A stretch of 23,884 nt of DNA. Origin: Octopus sinensis. Taxonomy: Eukaryota. The notes below the pieces were generated by a model, which ran no database searches, was not told the origin of the DNA, and was given only the letters and a program-made list of their open reading frames with translations. Location: the NCBI RefSeq assembly GCF_006345805.1, contig NW_021836704.1, forward strand, positions 1 to 23,884, in the 5' to 3' direction. Shown in pieces: positions 1 to 10,486 of this stretch (positions are counted from its first letter, which is position 1; each line of letters opens with the position of its first letter). The translations under genes and the position numbers were made by a program.

Positions 1-184
1 CGTGTGTATGTGTGCATATATACATATATGCACGCACAAATATATATAAATTATATATATATATTAATATACATGCACACACACAAACAGACATATACAT
101 AAAGTACGAGTGATGGGCAGGGCTCCAAACAGCCACAATGGCAAAACAAGAGTAAGAATTTTAATATAAACATCTATGTATTCT

Positions 185-205
185 TACTATTTCTTTATAT
201 GTATA

Positions 206-261
<56 letters not shown>

Positions 262-525
262 TACATATATATATATACACATATATATACATATATATAT
301 CCATCATATATACGTATATATATATGCATGTATATATGTATGTGTATATGTACATATATGTGTATGTATATATGTTATATGTATGTAAGTATATATATAC
401 TAAGAATATAATATCTATATATATATATATATATCTGTATATGTACGTATATATAAATATATATATATATATGTATACATACAAACATATATATTGCTAT
501 ATATATATACCTATATACCTGCATG

Positions 526-578
<53 letters not shown>

Positions 579-597
579 ATATATTATATATATAATA
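185..597. repeat. (TA)n-rich degenerate microsatellite
   Basis: Direct inspection. Confidence 0.95.
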
Positions 598-600
598 TCA

Positions 601-747
601 TTCTGCCGAGGTCGACTTTGCCTTTCATTCTATCACGGTCGATAAATTAAATGCCAGTTGCGTACTGGAGTCGATCTAATCTCCACTGGCCACTTCCCCA
701 AAAATATTTTGGACCTTGTGCCTAGAGTAGAAAAGAAATTAATACAC
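601..747 (+). mobile_element. SINE family A, 5'-truncated
   Basis: gccgaggtcgactttgcctttcat...gataaattaa...ccttgtgcctagagtagaaaag, shared with other copies in the window. Confidence 0.75.
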
Positions 748-1043
748 TTAAGAACAGAAGACAACAACAAAAATACAAAATCGCTTTACTGCGTGATACC
801 AAGAAGTTGGAAAGAAAACACGTTGAACATCCATACTTTGAGATTAACGACGGTAGTCACTACAAGGGTAATAACAGGAAGAGTAGCAGCAGAAGAAGAA
901 GTACGAGGGACTAATATGGGGGCCGCAACTGTAGTAATATCAACAGCAGCAACAGTGAAAACAACAAGCACAACAGCAACAACAAGCACAACGAAATGAT
1001 TACAGTGGCGAGGCTATTGATCAGACAGATCACAAACCAATCA

Positions 1044-1278
1044 TACCTATTTCTTTACTACCCACAAGGGGCTTAACACAGAGGGGACAAACAAGGACAG
1101 ACATAGGTATTAAGTCGGTTACATCGACCCCAGTGCGTAACTGGTACTTAATTTATCGAACCCGAAAGGATGAAAGGCAAAGTCGACCTCGGCGAAATTT
1201 GAACTCAGAACGTAACGGCAGACGAAATACGGCTACGCATTTCGCCCGGCGTGCTAACGGTTCTGCCAGCTCGCCGCT
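1044..1278 (-). mobile_element. SINE family A (tRNA-derived octopus SINE)
   Basis: Head ggcgagctggcagaa..ttagcacgccgggcgaaatg, B-box-like gagttcaaatt, core tttcatcctttcgggtcgataaattaagtaccag; many copies in the window. Confidence 0.88.
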
Positions 1279-1735
1279 AACTGAAACATTCGCAAGAACA
1301 AGAACACGGCTTATTTCACTGGGGTAGCTTTTGTAAGGGACCTGTACGGCCTCTCCCCAGAAGTCAATTACAGAGCACCACTCGATTTACAGGAAGGGAA
1401 AAGCTTGCGCCCCCTCCTGAAGCTCAAGCTGCGACTGCTAGAGTTCTACATATTTTGTTCTTCGATTATTCAAATGTATGTAATTGTATTTGAATATGGA
1501 TTTACAGAGTGTTTCCCTTACATCAACGTGAAACAGGAGATTCGGGGCTACGATGGTTTTTTTTATTGTTACATCATAAATTGTGTTTTACGACGAAATA
1601 ACATAAAAACATTTTTACAGCCAACTGTCAGGTTTCGCTTTGATCTTTTTTATACCCAAGCGTGTATGCATCCATGTAGTATGTGTGAGTGTGTGTAATA
1701 TTTATGTTTATGCATATATGCATGTACATATATAT

Positions 1736-1785
<50 letters not shown>

Positions 1786-1787
<2 letters not shown>

Positions 1788-1922
1788 CGCAAGAGTGACT
1801 GTGTGGTAAGAAACTTGCTTCCCAACCACATGGTTCCGGGTTCAGTTCTAATGCGTGGCACCTTGTCTTCTACTATAGCCTTGTGAATAGATTTGGTAGA
1901 TGGAAACTGAAAGAAGCCCGTC
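1786..1922 (+). mobile_element. SINE family B head
   Basis: gtgtggtaagaaacttgcttcccaaccacatggttccgggttcagtt...ggaaactgaaagaagcccgtc, repeated at 8020-8152, 11762-11905 and 19176-19339. Confidence 0.82.
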
Positions 1923-1959
1923 ACATTTATATATATATTGTTTGTTCCTTCTCAAGTCA

Positions 1960-2242
1960 TGCATGGCTCATAAGGGCCAGTTTCCGGGTTTCCTTGGCGT
2001 ATAGGTTCCTCACCTGGACGGGACGCCGGTCCGTCGTAGGTGAGCTGCAAGATGGAGGAGAAAAGAATGAGAGAAAAATTGTAGCGAAAGAGTCAGCAGA
2101 AGTTCGCCATTACCTTCTGCCGAAGCCGCGTGGAGCTTAGGTGTTTCGCTCATAAATACACACATCGCCCAGTCTGAGATTCGAACCCTCGATCCCTTGA
2201 CTGCGAGTGCGCTACTCTAACCACTAGGCCATGTTCCTCCAC
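1960..2242 (-). mobile_element. SINE family C (tRNA-like head plus body)
   Basis: Minus strand begins gtggaggaacatggcctagtggttagagtagcg...ggttcgaatctcag (A and B boxes); body boundary approximate. Confidence 0.7.
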
Positions 2243-2885
2243 ATATATATGAAAAAGATAAGGAAAGCTCCCACGAATGATTTTCATCTCCTTTGATCTG
2301 AAACAAGAGTGAGTGAACGAAGTTTTTATTTCTAATTGGTGAAGGTCACCTAATTTGAATGTCTTACAATGGAGTGTACACTCTTAAAAGCGCTACAGGC
2401 CTTGGTGGTGATAAATCAGTATTCCCATGAAATCTACCTGTCAATCACTTGAACAATCCATATGACGGGCTTCCACACAGTTTCCGTCAATGGAGTTTTC
2501 CCTCAAAAGACATTAATTCAACGAGAAGATATAGCACAAGACACTAAATGCGCCACGGAGCGGGATCGAACTCTGGCACCACGTAAGCTTCTCCGTAAGA
2601 CTATCAAATACTACTTCTGTTCATTAGAATTGAGTTATATCGCTTTGCATTCTGAGTTCAAAACCTACTGAATCTGGCTTTGCCCTTCGTACTTCCGAGA
2701 TCGATAAAAGTTAAGTACCATTTAAGTACTTATGGTTGACACACAATCTGTGTCTTTGTGTCTGTTGTTGTTCTTGTTGTTGTTATGAGTTTTCTTATTT
2801 CGATGTTGTTTCCATTTCTTGCCAATTGTTTCCCCGGCTTCTAGGGTAACGCATCTTACTATATACATTGATAGGCTATTAAAAA

Positions 2886-3300
2886 GGCGGCGAGCTGGCA
2901 GAAACGTTAGGACGCCTGGTAAAACGCTTAGCGGTATTTCGTCTGCCGCTACGTTCTGAGTTCAAATTCCGCCGAGGTCAACTTTGCCTTTCATCCTTTC
3001 GGGGTCGATTAAATAAGTACCAGTTACGCTCTGAGATCGATGTAATCGACTTAATCCGTTTGTCTGTCCTCGTTTGTCCCCTTCGTGTTTAGCCCCTTGT
3101 GGGTAGTAAAGAAATAGGTATTTCGTCTGCCGCTACGTTCTGAGTTCAAATTCCCCTGAGGTCAACTTTGCCTTTCGTCCTTTCGGGGTCGATTAAATAA
3201 GTACCAGTTACGCACTGGGATCGATATAATCTACTTAATCCGTTTGTCTGTCCTTGTTTGTCCCCTCTGTGTTTAGCCCCTTGTGGGCAATAAAGAAATA
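2886..3300 (+). mobile_element. SINE family A dimer (head plus two 184-bp units)
   Basis: Units start at 2933 and 3117 with ggtatttcgtctgccgctacgttctgagttcaaatt. Confidence 0.9.
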
Positions 3301-3387
3301 GGCTATTATACTAAACACACCAGATTTGATCATTTTCAAAATGAATTGAAGTTAAATGAAAAAATTTAAAATACATGATTAATAAAA

Positions 3388-3616
3388 TCATTCCCACATC
3401 AACAACGCTCTTCTCGGAACCAGAGATGTACCAGTCAAGACAATCTTTTGTATTTCTTGCCGGGATGGTAAGCCAGGGATCATTTCCAAATAGTTTTCAT
3501 TTCCTTTTCGGATCATTCCCAGCGCTTCCATAATCACTGGTTTGTAACTTCCTTGAGATGCCATAATTTTTCTATTTCTTTGCGCAAATCTTTATATTGT
3601 CAAATTCTTTTGTGGC
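3388..3616 (-). mobile_element. 5'-truncated RLE-type non-LTR retrotransposon fragment (most like R4/Dong/Rex6)
   Basis: Translation with one frameshift: YKDLRKEIEKLWHLKEVT/PVIMEALGMIRKGNENYLEMIPGLPSRQEIQKIVLTGTSLVPRRALLMWE*, matching the KY.DL..E...LW..PV..GALG C-terminal pattern of restriction-like-endonuclease LINEs. Confidence 0.75.
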
Positions 3617-4080
3617 ACACACACACACACGCACAAGCATGCACACACTCACAAACACATAAATATGCAGAATACATACATACATGCATACATACATACA
3701 GTCAGATAGATACGCTCGCATGCATACATACATATGTACGTACATACACACGCACATACATATGTACGTATATACATACAAACAGAAAGACAGACACACA
3801 TACATACATACATACATACGTACGTACGTACATACATACATACATTACATACATACATACATACATATATACATACATACATACATACAAACATACATAC
3901 ATACATACATACATACATTCATACATACATACATACATACATACATGCATACATACATACATGCTTACTTACTACGTACATACATACATACGCACGTACC
4001 TACATACATACACACAAGCATACGCACGCTGGCACGTGCACACAAACGCACACACCCGCATGACAAAATCTCAAACAGAC
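3617..4080. repeat. (CA)n/(TACA)n microsatellite
   Basis: Direct inspection. Confidence 0.95.
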
Positions 4081-4589
4081 AAACAAACGCACCCTTTATA
4101 ACAGACACTTGACAGTCCCTGAGAAGGTTGCGAAAAAGCAAAGAAAGAGCTTTGACAAAAACAAAAAAAAAAACAAAAAAGAAATCGGATATTTAATGAG
4201 TGGAATTTAACCAGTGCGTGTGTCAATTATATTGGCACGATGACCCTCCCCACTCACAACAAAATGTTGCTTGTTTATCCGTTAAGGGGCTTGTCACTAT
4301 GTATTTTCGTTGCTTGGCTTTAAAATTATTCCGGCCTCTTCATGGGACTCGTTACAATTGTTTGTTTTTTAAGATCGCAACTTTACAAAATGTCAACGAG
4401 TGACGAAGAAGGGGCGATAAGGGGAGGAAGTGACGTTAAGGAGCGACAATAAGGGAATGGAAGAAACTTTTCCCTTTCATAATAACCGAAGAGATGTTCG
4501 CCTCCTCTCCCTCCCCCCCACTTTACTTCGAAGCACGAAAGGAAGAGGAAAGACGTAAGTATGTAACAACACAAACACACTCACCTCAC

Positions 4590-4967
4590 TACCTCCACCA
4601 CCACCGCCTCAATTATCATCAGCACCAGCACCAGCACCAGCACCACCAACAACACCAATATCACCACCACCACCACTATCATCACCACCACCAGTGCCAC
4701 CTCCACATCTACAACCACTTCCACCAACAATATCACCACCGCCGCCACCGTCACTACCACCACAACCAACAACAACAACACCAATACCACCACCACCACC
4801 ACCATCATCACCACCAGTGCCACTTCCACCACCACAACCACCACCAACAACAACAACAACACCAATACCACCACCACCACCACCATCATCACCACCAGTG
4901 CCACTTCCACCACCACAACCACCACCACCAATAACAACAACAACACCAATACATCACTACCACCGGC

Positions 4968-4998
<31 letters not shown>

Positions 4999-5215
4999 CC
5001 AATGTCACCCACCACCACCACCACCACAACCGCTACTACCACCGCCACTGCCACATCTACCGTCTCCACCGCTGGGATGAATCTGTCAGCGTTAATTATC
5101 ATCTCTGGCCACAACAGGAATAAAAGAAGCGTCTTCACCATCACCACCGCCGCCGCCACCACCGCCGCCGCCACCGCCGCCACCGCGCCACCGCCGCCAC
5201 CGCCACATTCAGCAG
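4590..5215. repeat. Compound CAC/CAA/CGC triplet block with an ~81-bp higher-order repeat
   Basis: CCAGTGCCAC at 4691, 4814, 4895; ACCAATAC at 4780, 4861, 4944. Confidence 0.9.
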
Positions 5216-5590
5216 CCGTCGCGACAAGATGGCGATCTTTGTTCCCGGAATCGATGAAATTTGGAACGAGCATATAAAACAGGATTACCACCAACTTCCA
5301 CTCCACCAACACCAACACCACCAAAACTTCTGCCAACCCCTTCGCTATACCCGACGGCAACCGGAATAGTCCCCGGGTGATAGACACATTCCATCTTGCA
5401 AACATCCTGCTCTTAAGGGCCACTGAGCAATTAAAACGGCAACGAGGAGTATTTTTGTCATCTTTTGTTACTCCGCTTTCTCGCGTATCCAGTTTGAACC
5501 ATTTCTTTCCTCTTAATACTTTCCTCTCAATAATACGATTCCCGATCAGTTCTGAGTTTTTCTTTTCCTTATCTTAAGCCACATCAGTTT

Positions 5591-6876
5591 TGCTGAGTCA
5601 TCCCATAAATACTCGGCTTTTTCAATTTCATAAACGAAAAATCGGAGGGGGACGGGATAAACTACCTGCATCAATTGGCTATAAAAGCAGGTAGTAATTT
5701 TACCTTGTCCTTATTCTTAGTGCAAATTTCGAAGAGTGCAGTTCGATTTTAACATTTATTATTTCAAAGCTATAATGGAAGCGGCAAAGGAGCATATTTG
5801 GCACATTTTGCTTCATGAATTCAATAAAGGCAATTGAACAACGGAAAGTGCCAAGAATATTAATAGAGTGTATGGGGATCGGACAATAAGTGTAAGCCAG
5901 TGTCAACAATGGTTCCAGAAATTCCAAGCCGAAAAGATCCGGGAGAATCTGTGGAGCTCGACGAGGACATCCTGAAAACCCTGGTGGAACAAAATCCCAT
6001 TGTAACTGTTGAGGAACTAGCAGAGAAGCTTGGATTTGGTCATTCAACCATTCATCGATACCTGCATGCCATCGGAAAAGTCAGCATATTGGATCAATGG
6101 GTTCCTCGCAAACTTTCCGAATCCAATTGCACGCAGAGAGTGAGTGTGTGCTCTTCTTTGCTGTTGCGTCTCACGAAGGGATCGCTTTTGGACCGGATAG
6201 TGACCGGTGACGAGAAATGGGTCCTCTATATAAATGTCAAGCGCCGAAGACAGTGGATAGGGAAAGGAGAAACACCGGCACCCCAGGCTAAAGAATGTCT
6301 TCACCCACATAAGGTGTTGTTATCTGTTTGGTGGGACACGAAAGGTTGAGTCCACTTTGAACGTTTAAACCCAAACCAAATGATAACAGGAGATCTACTG
6401 CAAGCAGCTTGAGCGGCTTAAGTCAGCGCTAGAAGAAAAACGCCCATCTTTGGTTCCAAGACGAAAGATATTCTTGCATCGGTTATATACAGCGAGAATG
6501 ACATTCAAAAGGATGGAGCAGTTTGAATGAGAAACGATGCCCCACCTACCATATTCACCGGATATTGCCCCATCTGACTATCATTTATTTCGCAGTCTTC
6601 GAAATCATTTGGACGGAAAAAATATGAATTCTGTAGAGGAGGTCAGAACAGTACTGGAGGAGTATTTTTCGTCAGGGACAAGTGAATTTTAGAAAAGGGG
6701 CCTTGTAAGTCTACCAGATAGAAATGGGGCCTTGCAAGTCTACCAGATAGACGGAAGCGCATTGTAGAAAATGACAGAGAATATATTTTAGATTAAAAAA
6801 GAACTTTCTTTATCTTAATTTTGAAAAATATAACAAGTTTAAATGACAACCGTATTATTCATGGGATGACCCAATA
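5591..6876 (+). mobile_element. Mariner (DD34D-type) DNA transposon, near full length, inactive
   Basis: Imperfect TIRs (tgctgagtcatcccataaata at 5591 vs reverse complement tattgggtcatcccatgaata ending 6876), ~1.29 kb. Transposase remnant 5775-6796 with WVPRKL, IVTGDEKW, LSVWWD, YSPDIAPSDY; several stops and frameshifts. Confidence 0.93.
5775..6796 (+). pseudogene. Mariner transposase pseudogene
   Basis: ATG 5775; in-frame TGA 5835-5837 and 6347-6349; deletion near 5935; 9-nt deletion at 6479/6480; 29-bp tandem duplication 6697-6751; ends VENDREYILD*. Confidence 0.9.
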
Positions 6877-7274
6877 TTTTCACAATTTTTATTGCCATTG
6901 TCTCTGTACGACATTTTTGCAACTCCGTTTTTATCCTCGTTTATTGCATCGTATTGTTTCTATTGTTTCTCCTTTCTTCCTACAAGGTCGCTTCACCCTT
7001 TACGTTATGTTAGTTCGTCTTCATATTCTATTTCACCAAACACATTTAGAAAAAAAAAAGCTGTATTAATTTCTTTTTTATTTCAACTAGGTTTATTTTC
7101 GGTCCAGCAGCGGATATTTTATATTAATTTTATAGCTGCAAAGGACCCCTACCACTTAGGGATCGTCGTAAATATAATACTTCTGTCGGATTTTATATTT
7201 CTACATGCAGTTATTTTGTTTCTTGTCTTATTCCATAGTTTTACTAATTCGTTTAACTCCCAGCTGAGAATACT

Positions 7275-7472
7275 GGCTTCAAATTCTGGCACAAGGCCTG
7301 CAATTTTGATGGGGGCGGAGCAAGTAGATTACATCGCTCCAAGTGCTAAACTGGCGCTTATTTTATCGACCCCGAAAGGTATGAAAGGCTAAATCGACAC
7401 CGGCGGCATTTGATCTCAAAACGTTAAGACAGACGAAATGCTCAGCTTGCTAACGATTCTGCCAAGCTCGCT
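7275..7472 (-). mobile_element. SINE family A, diverged
   Basis: ttatcgaccccgaaagg...gacgaaatg...gctaacgattctgccaagctcg. Confidence 0.8.
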
Positions 7473-7518
7473 CCCCCCCCCCCGGCCTTCCCAACTGTGA
7501 ATATTGATTTCAGATTTT

Positions 7519-7590
7519 CAGCACATGGTGTATTGGTTAGTACTCTGGATTTTGAATCCAGCGATCCGAGTTCATATCTCGGTAGAACCT
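7519..7590 (+). tRNA. tRNA-Gln-TTG: tRNA-Gln(TTG) pseudogene
   Basis: Near match to eukaryotic tRNA-Gln(UUG) from 7524 onward; anticodon arm ctgga-tt-TTG-aa-tccag (TTG 7552-7554); T-arm ccgag-ttcatat-ctcgg; 5' acceptor strand does not pair; T-run at 7602-7609. Confidence 0.8.
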
Positions 7591-7701
7591 AGTAAACTAA
7601 CTTTTTTTTAACGGCGGTGCATCAGCATGGCCGCAGCTCTGAGCTGAAACAAAAAAAAAAGCTATTTCGGTGTGGTGGTGATGGTAGTGGGGTGGGTGAG
7701 T

Positions 7702-7865
7702 GTTAGCTGATTACATCAATCCCTGTGTTCAACTGATACTTATTTTATCGATCTCGCAAAGATGAAAGGGAGAATAGACGCAGCGGAATTTGAACTCAGA
7801 ACGTAAAGACGGACGAAATGCCGCTAAGCTTTTCATCCGGCGTGATAGCGATTCTGCCAGCTCAC
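7702..7865 (-). mobile_element. SINE family A, diverged
   Basis: gcggaatttgaactcagaacgtaaagacggacgaaatgccgctaagc. Confidence 0.8.
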
Positions 7866-7904
7866 TTAAAATCCTAACTTACAACTGGGAGGCATATTTT
7901 CCCT

Positions 7905-8152
7905 GCTATTATTCTTTTATTCATTTCAGTCATTTGACTGCGGCCATGCTGGATCACCGCCTTTAGTCGAGCAAATCGACCCCAGGACAAACACATACAC
8001 ATATATATACGACGGGATTTTTTCAGTTTCCGTCTACCAAATCCACTCACTTGGTCGGCCCGAGGCTATATAGTAGAAGACACTTGCCCAAGGTGCCACG
8101 CAGTGGAACTGAACCTGGAACCATGTGGCTGGTAAACAACCTACTTACCACA
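7905..8152 (-). mobile_element. SINE family B (head, internal microsatellite, tail) with internal deletion
   Basis: cagtcatttgactgcggccatgctgg...tttcagtttccgtctacc...aagacacttgcccaaggtgccacgcagtgg. Confidence 0.85.
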
Positions 8153-8770
8153 CTGCTGCGCCTCAATCTGTTTATCTGTTTTAATATTAAATCTAATTCA
8201 TCTTTAGTATTCCTCCTTAAACTTTCATTTGCCTGTGTTGCTCTCCCTATACTTTTATTGATTTCCCAGTATTTATCCATTTGTGTTTGGTCATCATAGC
8301 TACCAAACACTCTTATCACATTTACCAAACACTCTTGTCACAGTAAATTTATCTAACATGATATTAAGTTTCTTCTGTATACACTTTCCTTAACGTACAT
8401 TTCTAACCTAAATCTTATATCAATTCCTCTTGTCAATCTATGTACGAAATGTTTCTAGTTGTTTGTCAACTGCAGAGTACAACTTGAGGTCATCCATTAA
8501 CAAAATAAGCTTAATTGTCCTCCCATAACACCGTATCCAAGATCAGTCTTGTTTAACATGTTTAAAGAGATTTATGTAGGACAGGAAAGATGTAGAAAGC
8601 GAGAGGTCTCGTTAAAATATTCCCCTTTTAATAACAAAGTGATTTGTTTACGTAATTTCGTCGCTCGTTTGTATCTACAAAATTGTTTGTTATTTATTCG
8701 TGATATTTTTTTATGTATCCGCTTCTTAGAAGTGCCACCTTATTCATGGCTAATATATATCTCCAGATAA

Positions 8771-9170
8771 GACGGCGAACTGGCAGAATCGTTAGGACGC
8801 CGGGAAAAATGCGTAGCTGTATTTCGTCTGCCGTTACGTTCTGAGTTCAAATTCCGCCGAGGTAGACTTTGCCTTTCATCATTTCGGGGTTGATTAAATA
8901 AGTACCAGTTACGCTCTGGGGTCGATATAATCGACTTAACCCGTTTGTCTGTCCTTGTTTGTCCTCTCTGTGTTTAGCCCCTTGTGGGTAGTAAAGAAAT
9001 AGGTATTTTTTCGTCTTTACGTTCAGAATTCAAATTCTACTGAGGTCGACTTTGCCTTTCATCCTTTCGGGGATCGGCAAAATGAGTACCAGTTATGAAC
9101 TGAGATCGATATAATCGACTTACACCATCTCCTGAAGTTGCCTGCCTTTTGTGAAAATTCGAAATCAATA
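8771..9170 (+). mobile_element. SINE family A dimer
   Basis: Units at 8818 and 9002 (184-bp period); same junction as the 2886 copy. Confidence 0.88.
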
Positions 9171-9219
9171 ATGGTTTCAAATTTTGAAACATCGTGCCCA
9201 GTGTCCAACGGGCCATTAT

Positions 9220-9485
9220 TTTAACGACAACCAAAGAATAAAAAGCAAGATCACCCTCAGCTGAATTCGAACTCAAAACGTGAGACAGAGGAAATTCCAA
9301 ATTGCTTAGCGGGGCATTTCACCCGTCTTTACGTTGTTCTGAGTTCAAATTCCGCTGAGGTCGACTTTGCTTTTCATCCATTCGCATGGATTAAATAAGT
9401 ACCAGTTGTGAATATTGGGGGACGATGTAATCGACTTATCACCTCCCACGAAATTTCTGGCCTTGTGCTAAATTCTGAGACCAAC
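9220..9485. mobile_element. Head-to-head SINE family A fragments (minus ~9220-9300, plus ~9303-9485)
   Basis: gctgaattcgaactcaaaacgt on one side vs acgttgttctgagttcaaattccgctgagg on the other. Confidence 0.65.
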
Positions 9486-10057
9486 AATTTCCTACCACCT
9501 CTAATTTCTTTCAAAACATTTTTCTATTTATATATCATTGGTAGATTCTTAACACATATTATTTTCTTATTTAATTCCCTATAGCCCTTTCATTTATCGT
9601 CTCAAAACGTAAGTATTCGAAGTATTTTACTTCGGATTATTTGATTCCTTCCTCAAATTCCTCTCTTCTCAATTCCTTTAACGCTCACCTTTTGTGTTAA
9701 TATTTTCTTCGTGATGTTTATGATCCAGCTCCAATTGAGAGTCATGTTTTCTACAGAACACTCTTAACGAATGACATTTTTATGGTCCTCTTTTGTGTTT
9801 TACTTATTTTGGTTTATATTTACTCACGCGATTTATTTCTTGTTGAATCCTTTGTTTTCAAACAGGTTTTCTAGTTCTAGTGTTTACAACACACATTGAG
9901 GCCTACAATATTTGATTTCAAACCTTTCTACCTATTTCATGTTTAATTCACAGTTGTTTCTTGTCTGAAAGCGCGTGGCCTATTTCCCTTGGCCACGATA
10001 GCAGGTTCGTAGTTTCAGTTAGCGCCGTTGCTTTATGTGAATATTTTCTTACCTCGA

Positions 10058-10270
10058 TGCGGTGAACTGGTAGAATGGTTAGCACACCGGGCGAAATGCT
10101 TAGCGGTATTTCATCCGTCTTTACATTCTGAGTTTAAATTCCGCCGAAGTTGACTTAACCGTTCATGTTTTCGGGGTCGATAAAATAAGTACCAGTTGAG
10201 TACTGGGGTCGTCGATATGAGACAACTTACCCCTGAACTTGCTGGTCTTGTGCTAAAATTTGGAACCAAT
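10058..10270 (+). mobile_element. SINE family A monomer
   Basis: gttagcacaccgggcgaaatgcttagcggtatttc...cggggtcgataaaataagtaccag. Confidence 0.85.
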
Positions 10271-10486
10271 TCTTGGCAGTGATAGCTTTCAGATTTACAT
10301 GTGTCGAGTTAACTGTTAATACATCCTTAATTAAACTGCGACCATGATGGGGCGCGGTCTTGGAGAATTTTAGTCGGCCGAATGGATCTCTGGAGGAATT
10401 TGTTTCAAAGTTTGGTACTTATTCCATCGAAATCTTTTGCCGAACTGCTAAGTTACGGAGATTTAAACACACCAGAGGAGATAGGA

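Noticed and set aside
161-530. Y/I/M/C/V/H/T-rich ORFs here and at 3553-4112, 14536-15436, 16130-16979, 17539-17800, 18463-18783, 19189-19677, 20612-21129, 22756-23021, 23423-23749
   Set aside because: They are translations of TA, TACA, GATA, TAA and CA microsatellites, which lack stops in some frames; no protein signal.
5365-5410. ECVYHPG on the minus strand resembling a CHORD zinc-finger start
   Set aside because: The downstream FH..K.WSCC residues are absent and the frame ends after ~60 codons.
4581-5423. 280-aa Val-rich multi-pass membrane protein ORF
   Set aside because: Hydrophobicity comes from the antisense reading of CAC/CAA triplets; it starts at GTG and no family is recognisable.
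8170-8480. Minus-strand A-rich stretch (ORF 8047-8328), and a similar one at 9520-9900, as gene exons
   Set aside because: Multiple stops in all frames and no motif. Possibly decayed LINE sequence, but not supportable. The ORF tail is SINE-B.
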